Below are positions 26,772 to 44,127 of a DNA stretch of 64,000 nucleotides, in pieces (the first letter of the stretch is position 1; each line of letters opens with the position of its first letter). Location of the stretch: the NCBI GenBank assembly GCA_051294375.1, contig CM119269.1, positions 20,068,814-20,132,813 on the forward strand, read 5' to 3'. Source of the stretch: Paraspadella gotoi. Lineage: Eukaryota; Animalia; Chaetognatha. The position numbers and the translations under genes are program-made. The notes under the pieces were generated by a model, which searched no databases, had not been told where the DNA came from, and saw nothing but the letters and a program-made list of their open reading frames with translations.

Positions 26772-28309
26772 CGTCGTCAATGTGTTACAATCTCCTACAA
26801 AAGTGTAATTTTCTTTTTTCTTTGAAGCTCCAACCAGGGTATTTTTTTCGGCGCCACGGACCTTGAGCGCTGTTGCGAAAAAATTGGTTGTAAGAAAAAA
26901 TTTCGTTCGTAAAATCACAATCTTCTGTTCGTAAATTAATAATTTTTCCCTGGAGTAAATCGTTTTAAATTTAAACAAATCTAATTCTTTTATATATTTT
27001 TAACTCTTGAATCCCACGTTTGGCCAAAACGCGTTTTTATCTCTTTGTGATAAGTTTTTTATTATTAAGTGATATGTTTTTGATCGTCTTAGTCTCCATT
27101 GATTTACATATTCGCTATGTCAATTTACCCTATCCTCTCGTTTACATTAATTTGGTTTTTTTCCTCTTCTTAAACAACTCATCCTCATTCTTTGTCTATC
27201 CCTTTATGTCGCTTGATGAGGGAAACTATGTAGCGTTGATGCGTCGATTACCGTTAAAAATTTTTTAGATTAGTCAAGGCAAGAGTTTGTTAAAAACTTA
27301 ATGATAAGTTTCATTTGATATTAAGTTGTTTTTTTGTTTTGGAAAATCGATAATCGCCTTAATTTTTCATTTTGAATCATTTATTTTCTGTTATATCCAT
27401 TCCGTCAGTAATTTAATCAAGACAATCCGAACCAGCTGAGATTGTGTCGTCGGTACATGACATGAATTAAACTCTCTACTAAATAAACGCTTGTTTTACA
27501 AAAAATTAACGTAGTTGCAGATACGTATATGAAGTCTCAGAATCTTTCAGCAAGATGCAAGCCGTCCACACTGAACTGACTGAGTACAGTCAGGCCCTCT
27601 CGTAGTTTGAGTATACTTTGTAATAATCTATTTTTTGCGAAATTTTAATTCTGTACCATTTGCCCATTTCATTTTTTTATACGTTGAGCGCTTATTGATC
27701 AATTCGTTCGAGATAAACTTCGTTAGTGGCAGAAGCAAATGAAACTAATAAAAACAAAAAGACCGTAGCAAATTACTGAAATGTGTCTTTCTACGACTAC
27801 GAGCGCGTATTCTGTAACTAATTATTATTATACGCTAACAGTACAAGTGTAGCAGAGGTTCGTCTTTTCAAAAAATTATAAAAAAATAATAGAACTTTTC
27901 GTATCTATTTAACCAAACAATACCAATAAATAAATAGCAACATCAAGCTTATCCATAAAAAAATATTTAAAACTTCTTTTTTTCTCATAAATATTCGAAG
28001 TACTGCGCGCTCATGTGGCCAGCGGTTCCGTGAGATCGTTTAAAACAAATGTAAAAATATACTTAATTATATGAGAGTTAACAATGAAATAAAAGTAGAT
28101 AATTGATTTTTTTTCGTTGGGTAAAACAAAAAATACCAGGTGAAAACGTTTAACTCTGATATGTGAGTGCATTTGCAGAAGTTAAGTAATTTGTCATTTT
28201 CAAAATATTTATTGGATTTTATGTTTCTTGTCACTCCTCAGTAGAAGTAATAGATTTAACAAAAAAGGAGAGTGCGAGACTTGTGGTGATGATGTCATAA
28301 AAAGCCTAT

Positions 28310-28581
28310 TGTATAAGACGAAAAATGTAATAATAAAAGAGAGAGTGAAGAATGTGACTGTGTAAGAGAAGTAGAAAAGAAGTGAGTCTAGTCCTCTCCT
28401 TGATCCACTTTTATATCGCCCGGAACCAACTTGACCTTCGTGCCTCGGCCCTATTACTGGTGGTCCGGTCAATCTAAGGTCATGCCAAAGCTAGGCAAAG
28501 TGACGTGTGTAATAAGACCGGCTCGAGAAAGAGAGAGAGAGGAAGGGTTTAGAGAGAGAGACGCTGTGGTAAGTCGCCTCA
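28310..28581 (-). repeat. 3' LTR of the gypsy element, preceded by a polypurine tract
   Basis: Minus strand reads GAGGGGGGGA (PPT, ~28582-28591), then TGAGGCG..., with an internal TATAAAA at ~28408-28414, ending ...TATACA at the junction with the duplicated dve 3' flank. It may be truncated. Confidence 0.65.
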
Positions 28582-31500
28582 TCCCCCCCTCAAGTTCGCC
28601 TTAGTGGTTGAACTGACCCTATTTACAGTTGAGTGACTTGTACTACTAGTTAAGGAACAAAGTATTTACCATATTGTTTCTCCTTGGGGAAAATCTTGGG
28701 CAAACAATAAGGTCAGGAGAAACATTGGGGGGACCCATAAAAAGGGGTTTTGTCTTCTACAATAAATTATTTACATATCTCTTCTCAAAAAAAAATATTT
28801 TGGGAAGAATTTACAAAAAAGGAGTAGGGAGATAGGAAATTGATATGTTTGGTCAAAGCTGTTATGAATGTATTGCTTATGCTATAGGCAAGCTTGGTTA
28901 AATCATAAAATAACCAGCTGTTTGATGATTTTGCTTTTGATGATTACTTGCTGTTAGGAAGTTGTGATTAATCGTAACAGTGACCAACTGGTGATGATTT
29001 GGTGATACTCTGATAAACGGTTATCTAATAATCACGGATCTGCGATGAACTGATAGATCTTAGACATCTAATACAATATATATCTATCCTTCAGTAAGAC
29101 ATGGTATTGTCTTGCACGTGCTTGTCTTTGAGGTTGAAGTCGTTGTTGGTGTTGAGTGGATCGTTGTCGTGATGGCCGTTTTGCTGTTGCTGTGGAGTTC
29201 TGTTGAAGTTGCTGTTGAGTGGGCCCGTGAGGTATAATGTTGGAATGATGGAGTCGCCGCTGGCTGACTCTTGTTCTATTATTATGTTTGACCCTCCCCC
29301 CTAGAACGACTCGCCTGTTGCTGTGCTGTGGGTCGTCTCTTGTGGGGCTGCTGGAGGTGTTGGTTGGACATCCGGTTCCTGTTGTGCTGCTTGATCCGTG
29401 TCGATGGATATCTTCTCTTGTCCTCGGCCGGGATGTCCATGTGAAGTCTGTGCATCTTTGAGACTACTTTTAAGGGCCCAAGTAGGGCGTAGCTAGCGAG
29501 TGACCTGTTGGCCGCCGGAGCACAAAAACCCAGTTTGTTGAGGCAAGACTGTGAGGAAGATGAACAGGTGGGTTTGAGTGCCAACTAGGAACTACTGGTC
29601 TCAGCAATGCAACGGCGTGTCTCAAGTTTTTGCAGCTCATTTGGGGCATTGCTCTTCGTTGGCTGTGACCTATTACCAGTTCGTACCTGGGATTGCATTG
29701 TATCTCCGAATACAAGTTCTTGCTGGTGATGCTTGTAGGTCTTCTTTTGGTGCGGACTGAGTCCTAATAAGACCCAGGGTAGTTGATTGAACCAATTTTG
29801 CGTCGGACGCATCACAACGCGCTATTCAATGATGCCTTACATGGTATACGGTGAAACCTGTTCGAACCATCCCAGTTCGGCTTTTCTGCGGGTTTGGTAC
29901 TGTTGGTGTGTTGAGCTTGTAGCCTATAGCTGGCTCCAGCTGATGCCATACAATTCAGAAGTGAATTGTGTTCCAAACAGGTCGGAAGTGACCGTGGCTG
30001 GTACACGAATCTGGCGATCAGTTTCTGAAGGAAGGCTGTTGCGTACAGTTCTGCGGAGTATCCCGAGGGGATATGCTCAGGCCACGAGAAAAACGGTCTT
30101 CAACAGAGTTAAAGGTACGGTAACGCCTGAGTGGGCAAGGACCCACAAGTCAGATGTGAATGTGTTCGAAATGCCTCGATGGTGCTTCGAAAGTCGTTGT
30201 AGTGGCCCTGGGTGTGTCGTTGTACCTTGCTGCGCTGGCAGTCAAGGCAAGCCATCGGAGCCCATTTTGCCACGTCTGACGCGGCTTTTGGCCAACAAAT
30301 CTCTTTGGTTACCAGCTTTTTTGTGCATCTGACGCTCGGCGTGAGCTAGGTTGTGGATGGCATCATAAACTTCGACGGCGCCAAGTTGTGGGAACAAGGG
30401 GCGCGCCCTGCCTGACTGGACATCAAAGATGATGTCAAAGTCGTTCCAGGCCGCGAACTACTTGAATCGCACTGTGTGGGCGTCCGCCAGGAGTCCGTGT
30501 GATTCCTCGTCGGAACTCTGGGTCACGGCTAAGCGGCAAAAATCGAAGCCTGGGGCCAACTGCGTTGGACCGTTGCGGACAAAAGAGGGCATTTCTGAAC
30601 GGTCCTGATGATCTTTCAGGTTCCTGGCACTGCTTGCTGGTGCTGATGCTTCTTGATAGTGTGTCCGCGTACCACGTTGGCCTTTGCCCTCAATGTTATC
30701 GGATGTCTGTTTGTGTATTCGGAGATGGCAGTAATTGATATGTTTCGACGCATTGAGTGTGGCTCAGATTTACTTGCTATGGCGGGACTAGGCTGTTCTG
30801 GTCAGAGAACAGAACGAAGTAGCGCCCTTCCAGGTAGGCCTGAAGTGCTGGCCGAGCGGTGTGCGGCAGGAGTTCCCGGCGAAAGGTGCTATTTGTTGGT
30901 TCTGAGCTAGCGGGGCTGAGAAATAAAGCCTAAGGTTGCCATTGACACCCAATCTTCTGCTCCAGGACGCCGCCGATGTGCCGTCAGTGACGCATCGACG
31001 GTCAGGGCCAGAGGTGCCCCGTCCACAGGGTGACAAGCAATAGTTGCGTTGCTAGAGCTTCTTCGACTTGTTGAAGCTTGAGTCATTTCCTCGTCCATTT
31101 AAGGACTCGGGGTTGCCTTTTAGGCTTGGTATATGGTGTAAGGACTTCGGCGATATGTGGAATGAAACGCCGGTAGTAGTTGAGGCATGCCAAGTATCTT
31201 TGAACTCTTTGACTGATGTTGGCTGGGGAATTGCTTGATGTGTTCGACTTTTGTGTCCAATGGCCTGACGCCTGTTGCGTCTACCTGGTAACCGGAGAAG
31301 TCGAGTGATGGTACGCCCAGTACACATGTTTGCCCTGTTCACTACTAAACCATTGCTATGCAGGTGTCAAACAGTAGTGTGAGATCTTGGCATTGTTCTT
31401 CTTCATTGTTTTGAGGCGACCAGATGTCATCGAGATATACAAAGATGTGTGATACATTCTTTGAGGGCTTCGTCATCATCCTTTGAAATAGGGACCTGCA

Positions 31501-33865
31501 TTCTTGAGGCCATAATGGGGTGAACGGGAAATTCCCACGAGCCAAAGTGCTTTATGACGGCTGTTTTGCAATATCCTGCTCTGCTACAGGTTACTTGATG
31601 GTCCTTTACAAAGGTCTACTTTGAAAAAATTGTATCTTGCCTGGACATGTGCATTGAAATCCATCAATTTTTGATGGTTGAAAGGTAGCGGTTGTCTTTG
31701 TTGGACTACGTTGAGCGCCTGTAGTCGCCGCAACATCTGAGTGAGCCATCTGGGTTTTTTACCACATGTAGTGGTGATGCCCAAAGCAGCTCTTGCTCTT
31801 CTTATAATGCCAGCTTCTCCATTTTTGCAAATTCTTCTTTTGGCTGCTTTGAGTTTGTCAGGCGCAAGTCGGCGGTGCTTGGGAAATGGACAGGCGGACT
31901 CTCGGTTGAAATTGGTGTTCTACAACCATGCTTGGATCTTCGAAGGGTCAAATCTGAGTTTGTGAGTTTGGGCGTTCGATCAATCAATTTGAAATAGCAT
32001 TATTGACTGTATTGACTCTGAAAGGCCTGTCCAGATAAGATTTGCTGTGATGTTGAAAAAATCGTCAAGATCGACGAGTCTAGGCACACAGCTTCGGTGG
32101 TCGCGGCTAATGATGCTCTATCAGAAAATCAGCTCCAGGATAGGGGTCGTAACGTCAGCAAGTACGGTTGTTAGTGTGTATGTGCGTCTTCCTAGTCTGA
32201 TAGTGATTTGTTTGGTGCCGTAGAAGAAATTGAAGACCCGTTTGCAGCATGAGAGTTGAGGCGCGGAGCCACCGCGGAGCTTTTATGATGGAGAGGTGCC
32301 ATCAAAGTGACGCTTGCACCACCGTCACAAGCCATGTCATATTGTTGATGTTAGTCATACACGTGCTAGGTAAGGGTTCTATACTACGCAGCGGCGTTAC
32401 TGCCTCCGGCTGCTGGCTCGGACCGTTTCCCCGCTTGGCATTCCCTGGGGTAGCCATTTTGAATGCTCGGTCTCCAAATGTCCTGTGATAGAAACAGAGT
32501 CCGTTGACGAGGTCAGGAGAGGAGTTAAAGGCATTTGAGGCTGTCGATGGTATGAATGTGGTGTTGTGGGGGAAACGGCGCTGCTGATTGTTGCTGTTCT
32601 TCGGTAGTTAGGGCGTGCTGGCTGCCTGGGGCGCAGTTGGCACGCGCGGAGGCGCGGCACACACGTTGGCGTACGTGCGTGGAGCCTTATCTTCTGTGGA
32701 AGATGTATCATCCGCCAATTCGGCGCATAATCTGTCTCCGAGTCCGAATAGGTCGTCCTCGAAGATGCCCATCTGTTGAGTGTCGACGTATTGACGACTT
32801 TTCCAACTGGTTTTGGAGACGATCTGAAGATCGCTTGGCGGATAAAATGCGTCGGCCTTTTTGGCGATCGCTCCGCGTCTTGTCCCGTCACTAAGCTCCT
32901 TCCAGCCACATGGGCCGGAGGACCTCGGCAAGGATCGGTTGAGATGTTTTGGGTCGATCTTGAGGGATTCGACCGCTGCACGCAGTGCGGCCACAAACTC
33001 GCGAGGAGTGCGTCCTTGGAGGAGATGTCCTAGACCTTTGCGCCTTTTGCCGGGGCATTCGGCAAACAACTCGTTAAGCTGATTATTTCAGAGTTTGGGT
33101 AACAGCCGACACAGGGTGATCATCGGTATAAAAACCTCTGATCAGTACCTGATGCCTTCCTGCGGAATCGCACTGAGAAAGGTACAGCATTATTTGAGTT
33201 GTTCGTCATGAATGAAGCGAGGCGGAAACTCCCCCTCGCCTGCAGCAAGCAGCTCGGATGTTGCTGACTATCAAATAGCGGCAACTTGGCGTCTCGAACG
33301 GCTGGTGGCTTGCGTCTCAGATCCATCGGGGTTTGCGTGAGGGAGGAGGACTTCCATCGCGCTGACGTCTCCTGATGAGCTTGACCTGCAATAATGACAC
33401 ATACGTTGGCCATGGTACCTGTCGGCCTTGCTGGTGCTTCCTGAAGTGACCGCTGAGCTTCCACTAGCTTTTGGATCTCTCTCGTGAGGTGTGGTTAGAG
33501 TCTTATGATGTTTTCATTTACTCTGCCTTGTTTTGCTCCACATCTTGATCCGGTTGGTGACGACATCAATAACCCGCTTGATGACCCTTGTGCGGTCGCA
33601 CTTGATCCGACATTGGGTCGAGGGGGTGTGGCTAGGCTTTGGCCTAGTCTGTGCCGGTCGCGCGCGTGTATCTGAAAAGCGGTTGTCGAACTGCTCTGGT
33701 GATGGTGGCAGCGATGAAAAACCGGGGTGGCGGTGGAGATGTGATAGCGGGTGGTGGGGTGCGTCCTCCATACGGCGTCGACTTGAGTTCCTCAGAAGGT
33801 GAGGTCCGAGGCGCGGCGTCCTCCACGTCCGGCAGGGGCTTCCATGTCCAACAGGTGTTCCATGA
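28310..33865 (-). mobile_element. Ty3/gypsy LTR retrotransposon (CsRn1-like), heavily frameshifted; only one LTR is visible
   Basis: Order on the minus strand: gag (AKLPLFDS; CFYHRTFG knuckle ~32470-32500), protease-like (DGGAS ~32320), RT (KTAVI ~31560; HIFVYLDDI ~31425-31455), RNase H (ALTVDAS ~31000), integrase (HIH..VGPLP ~30150; AAANR ~29510). A PPT and 3' LTR follow. Confidence 0.9.
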
Positions 33866-34420
33866 CGGTTGTGGAGAATGTTGGCTAAAAATTTGGCTGT
33901 AAAAAAAAAATACTAATCTGCGGCCGAACAGAAAGTCCAAAAATTTTTCAATCTTTTTAATCAAGGAAAAATCCGAAAGAAAAATTTTCGCGTAATCGTT
34001 TTATAGAATTAGAGCGAGCAAAATTCTGATGAAAATTGTTAATACGGCGCGGTAAAATAAAAAACGCGTTGGCGAGACGGTTTTTTTACCATAACAAGTA
34101 AGTTTAAGTTTAATGAAAGTTTATTTAAACTTAGAGCTAATTTTAAAATTTCCGATAAAAAAAGGATAAAAGTCGATTAGGGTTAGTATCGAATTATTCA
34201 AGAACCAAATACAAAATGTTGACGCCTAATAACATAATCTTGGCTAGATGCAGTAATCCGGGTATAGTGATGCAAAATGTTGGACGCTTGGAAAACGAAA
34301 CGCAGGACGAAGCGACTGAGACAAATAAGTAATTGCGAAAATCGTCAATTTTTTAAGTTTTAAAATTTGAAGAAAATGCGTTGATCGCGAATGGCCGTGA
34401 AACTGAGTGAATCTTTTTTC

Positions 34421-35697
34421 GCGCGCGACGGGCGCCGCCGCAGCGACGCCGCGGCAGCCGGAAGCGGCGCCGGCGACGAAGTTTTCGACGCCAGCGACGA
34501 CGACGGCGACGACGAAATCGACGACATCGACGACGAAGACGAAGAGTCCCCGGATGTGGTTCGATTGGACGGAGAGAAGGAGGACGAATTAGGGGTGAGG
34601 GAAAGGAGGATAAGGAGGAGGAGGAAGAGGAGTCATGAGAAGAAGAGTAAAGAATGAGAGATGGTTGAGGGAAAATTTTTTAATTCTAATATTTTTTTTT
34701 TCTCCTAAGATTTCGCTGACGACTGGAACAACTTCGAAACGACGTCGATCGTCGATTTCGAGCTGCGACGAATTTCCTGCGAAACGTGTCGACGTCAAGG
34801 TTAAGGAGGTGAGGTCAAGTTAAAAAGGGTGAGGTCAAGGTTAAACGGGTAAGGTCAAGTTAAAACGGGTGAGGTCAAGGTCAAAGGGGTTAGGTCAAGT
34901 TAAAACGGATGAGGTCAAAGTCAAACGGGTAAAGTCAAGTTAAAAAGGGTGAGGTAAAGGACAAACGGGTGAGGTCAAGTTAAAACGGATGAGGTCATGG
35001 TCAAAAGGGTTAGGTCAAGTTAAAATGGATAAGGTCAAGTTAAAATGGATGAGATAAAGTTCAAATGGGTGAGGTAAAGGTCAAACTCGTTAGGTCAAGT
35101 TACAACGGATGAGGTCACGATGAAACGGGTTAGGGCAAGTTAAAACCGGGGGAAAAATCAAGGTCAATCATATATGGCAATGATTGAAAAAATTAGATTA
35201 AGAAGGTGAGAATAATTATTTAAATTTGATCAAAAAAATAGAAGACGAGCCGGCAATTAAGACAATAGAAAGGGAGCGTTTCGTTTTCCAAAATGGTCCA
35301 TTAAAAATCATTAATTCTATTCAATAATCAATATTTGCTCTCAAATCCTCAGGAATCTTCTCTTTCTCCGGTTTCCGCTCCCAACGACTCCTATCGTCAC
35401 TCTCCTCAGCAGTCACTACATCAATCGCCCCAGCAGTTAATCCAGCGATCGCCGCAGAGGTCACCCAACAGGTCGCCCCAGCGATCGCCACCTCATTCAT
35501 TGCCTCGTTCGCCAGCGGCATCACCGATTAGACCGCACTCCCACTCGCCATCCCCTGGTTTCAGTCGCCCTCCGCAAGAGGCGTGGATTCCATCGCATCC
35601 GGGTGGGTGAAAGGAAGCACGAAGGATAATGAGAAAAAAAAAAGAAAAAAATAATAAATAAATAAATAAATAAATAAATAATAATAAATAAATATAA

Positions 35698-35728
<31 letters not shown>

Positions 35729-35745
35729 ATTAAATAAATAAATAA

Positions 35746-35780
<35 letters not shown>

Positions 35781-37690
35781 AAATAAAATGGATAATTATC
35801 AAAAAAAATTATAAAAAAAAAGTGTTAAATAAATGAAATAATAAAAAATTCTCGCCACAAATTCAGTGATGCCCGGTTGTCTCCCTCTCCCCCTCGACTC
35901 TTCCCCCACATCCTCTTCCGACTTTGGTTTTCTCGATCTGAGGATGAAAATGTCTGGCGCCGCAATCGACCTCCGCGGCGCCGGCGTTGACCTCCGCGGC
36001 GCCGGCGTTGACCTCCGCGGCGCCGGAGGTCCGGCTCTCCGATCCCCCGGCATCGGCCTTCGAGGCGACGGCGTCTTCAGAGACGCCGCGTTCCCCGTCG
36101 GCGCGATTCCGACTTCGTCGTNNNNNNNNNNNNNNNNNNNNNNNNNNNNNNNNNNNNNNNNNNNNNNNNNNNNNNNNNNNNNNNNNNNNNNNNNNNNNNN
36201 NNNNNNNNNNNNNNNNNNNNNNNNNNNNNNNNNNNNNNNNNNNNNNNNNNNNNNNNNNNNNNNNNNNNNNNNNNNNNNNNNNNNNNNNNNNNNNNNNNNN
36301 NNNNNNNNNNNNNNNNNNNNNNNNNNNNNNNNNNNNNNNNNAGAGAGAGAGAGAGAGAGAGACTGAGAGTCTCTTTCTTTCCCAAAGGCGCTCCTCAGCT
36401 CCCGACGTCTTCGTCGGCCGGCGCCATTGGCAACGGGTTTCACGGTCATCCGGCGACGGGATTCGGCGCTGCCAACGACGCCGGTGGGATCGTACAGCTG
36501 CTGGCCGGCGGAGGCGGGCGATCGCTGCAGCAGCAGAGGCAGGAACAGCATCTTCAGCATCAGCAGTCGCACGGAGATTTGTATGACATCGACAGGTATG
36601 AACTTGTACGCGTATATATATCAAATATTTCCATAAAATTTTGTTCAGATTTTAAAATACTAATCTTAGAATATAAATAAATACTAATATTGAAATACTA
36701 ATAAATATTTTAGCCTAACCGCCTCCTTACAATTTCCAAGGTTCAGCGCCCTGACGGAAGCGGACAAACGGAAGCGGAACCGCGTCTTCATCGATCCGCT
36801 GTCTGAAATCCCAAAGTTGGAGAGATGGTTCGCCGAGGATACTCATCCGACGCTGGACATGATCGAACGGATGTGCGAGGAGTTGAATAGGAGCGAATAC
36901 AGGTGGGTCAGATGGGACGGGATGGATTTAGATGGATGGATATATGGATGGATGTATAAATCGATTGTTGGATGGATGGATGGATGTATGGATAGGTTGT
37001 TGGATGAATGGACTTGTAGAAGCTCATCTGATAACAACAACAACAACGACGACGATGGTCTGATGGCTTGATGAATGCCTGGATGGAGGTATAGTGAATA
37101 AATGAATGAATGAATGAATGAATGAATGACATTGAATGAAATGAATGAATGATTGAATGAATGAATGGATGGATGGATCGATGGATGGGGGAATGAATAG
37201 ATTGGTGGATGAATTGATGGGTGGATGGACGGAGGGATGGAAATGTAGATGGATGAGTAGACGAAGTAACGGTTTAAGGGATCGACGGATCTAGTCTAGA
37301 TTCTAGACGGATAAACTCTTTTTTTCTTTTTTCACGCATCTCCGCCTCAGAATGAAATTCCCCAAATTGGAACCTCGAAACGTTCAACTTTGGTTCAAAA
37401 ATCATCGCGCGAAAGTCAAACGCGTTCGACTCGAAATCTGTCGCCAGCGGCAGCAGGAGATGAGCGAGTCGTCCGTCGCCGCCGCCGCCGCTGCAGTCGC
37501 CGCAAACGCCGCAGCGCCGCCGTCGACGACGACGACTACTCCGCCGCCGATTTCCCTGCAGCAGCTGCAGCCGCGCGACAGCTTCGGCGGCGTGGTCCGT
37601 CTAGGCGTACATGGTGCCGCGGCCGCCGCGGCCGCCGGCATGTTCGTCGCCGGCGCCAACGCGTTCTCCGGTCTGGCGTCGACGCGTTAA
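34421..37690 (+). CDS. dve-1: Second, cleaner copy of the dve 3' exons including homeodomain 2 and the stop codon
   Basis: Exons ~34421-34554, 34710-34799, 35353-35602, 35867-(N gap), 36388-36595, 36741-36902 and 37351-37690, ending ...NAFSGLASTR*. Phases are consistent wherever the sequence is visible. Confidence 0.85.
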
Positions 37691-37850
37691 AGATTCGGAT
37701 CATGAGAACTATATTAAGAGATGGCGTCGAATTCGACAAGAAAACTAAAGAAAACTAAAAAAAAAATATTTACTTTAAACAGTAAAGGTTCATAACAATC
37801 TCCCATCTTTACTACCCATTACAAAATGCTCCGAATCTGCCAAATTTTAA

Positions 37851-37892
<42 letters not shown>

Positions 37893-39475
37893 GTCAATGT
37901 GTTACAATCTCCTACAAAAGTGTAATTTTCTTTTTTCTTTGAAGCTCCAACCAGGGTATTTTTTTTCGGCGCCACGGTAACCTTGAGCGCTGATTGCTGA
38001 AAAAATTGGTTGTAAGAAAAATTTCGTTGTAAATCACAATCTTCGATCCCTGAGTAAAATCGTTTTAAATTAGAACAAATCTAATTTTTGATAATTTTTA
38101 ACTCTTGAATCCCACGTTTGGCAAAACCGCGTTTTATCTCTTTGTGATAAGTTTTTATTATTAAGTGATATGTTTTGATCGTCTAGTCCATTGATTTACA
38201 TATTCCTATGTCAATTTTACCCTATCCTCTCGTTTACATAATTTGTTTTTTTCCCTCTTTAAACAACTCATCCTCATTCTTTGTCTATCCCTTTATGTCG
38301 CTTGATGAGGGGAAACTATGTAGCGTGATGCGTCGATTTACCGTTTAAAAATTTTTAGATTAGTTCAAGGCAAGAGTTGTTAAAAAACTTAATGATAAGT
38401 TCATTTGAATATTAGTTGTTTTTATTTGTTTTGGAAAATCGATAATTCGCCTTAATTTTCATTTTGAATCATTTATTTTCTGTTATAATCATTCCGTCAG
38501 TATTTAATCAAGACAATTCCGAACCAGCTTGAGATTGTGTCGTCGGACATGACATGAATTAAACTCCCTACTAAATAAACACTTGTTTTTTACAAAAAAT
38601 TAACGTAGTTGCAGATACGTATATGAGTCTCAGAACTTTCAGCAAGATGCAAGCCGTCACACTGAATGACTTGAGTACAGTCAGCCCTTTAGAATAGGTA
38701 TTTGTAAAATCTATTTTTTGAAAATTTTAATTCTGTACCTTTCGCCATCAATTTTTTTTCGTTGAGCGCTTATTGATCAATTCGTTCGAGATAAACTCGT
38801 TAGGTGGCAGAAGCAAATGAACTATTAAAAACAAAAGACGTAGCAATTACTGAAATTGGGTTTCGACGACTACGAGCGCTATTCTGTTACTAATTATTAT
38901 TATACGTAACAATACAATGTAGCAGAGGTTCGTCTTTCAAAAAAATTATAAAAAAATAATAGAATTTCGTATCTATTTAACCAAAATACCAATAAATAAA
39001 TAGCAACATCAAGCTTATTTCCATAAAAAAAATTTAAACTTCTTTTTTCTCAATAATTATTCGAAGTACTGCGCGCTCATGGCCAGCGGTTCCGTGAGAT
39101 CTGTAAAACAAATGTAAAAATATACTTAATTTATATGAGAGTAGACAATGTAAATAAAAGTAGATAATTGATTTTTTTTCGTTGGTAAAACAAAAAACTA
39201 CCGGATGAAAACGTTTAATCTGATATGTGAGTGCATTGCAGAAGTTAAGTAATTTGTCATTTTCAAAATATTTAGATTTTATGTTTCTTTGTCATCCTCA
39301 GTAGAAGTAATAGATTTAACAAAAAAAGAGAGTGCGAGACTTTCAGTGAAGATGTCATAAAAAGCCTATGTCGAAATATATGGAAAATTCTGCACTGCAC
39401 TCAAAAATGAGGTTAGACTTTTTCATAATTAAATCAACTTTGCCTGACATGACTTTTAAAGAAGAAAATGACTAC

Positions 39476-44127
<4,652 letters not shown>

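Larger units (their letters stand above)
23265..39368 (+). repeat. Direct duplication: ~23265-28309 repeated at ~34421-39368 (dve 3' half plus 3' flank)
   Basis: Both copies start at gcgcgcgacggg and end at gatgtcataaaaagcctat. Introns and microsatellites are shared. Confidence 0.93.

Noticed and set aside
29282-33964. Many short ORFs on both strands
   Set aside because: They are fragments or antisense frames of the frameshifted gag-pol.
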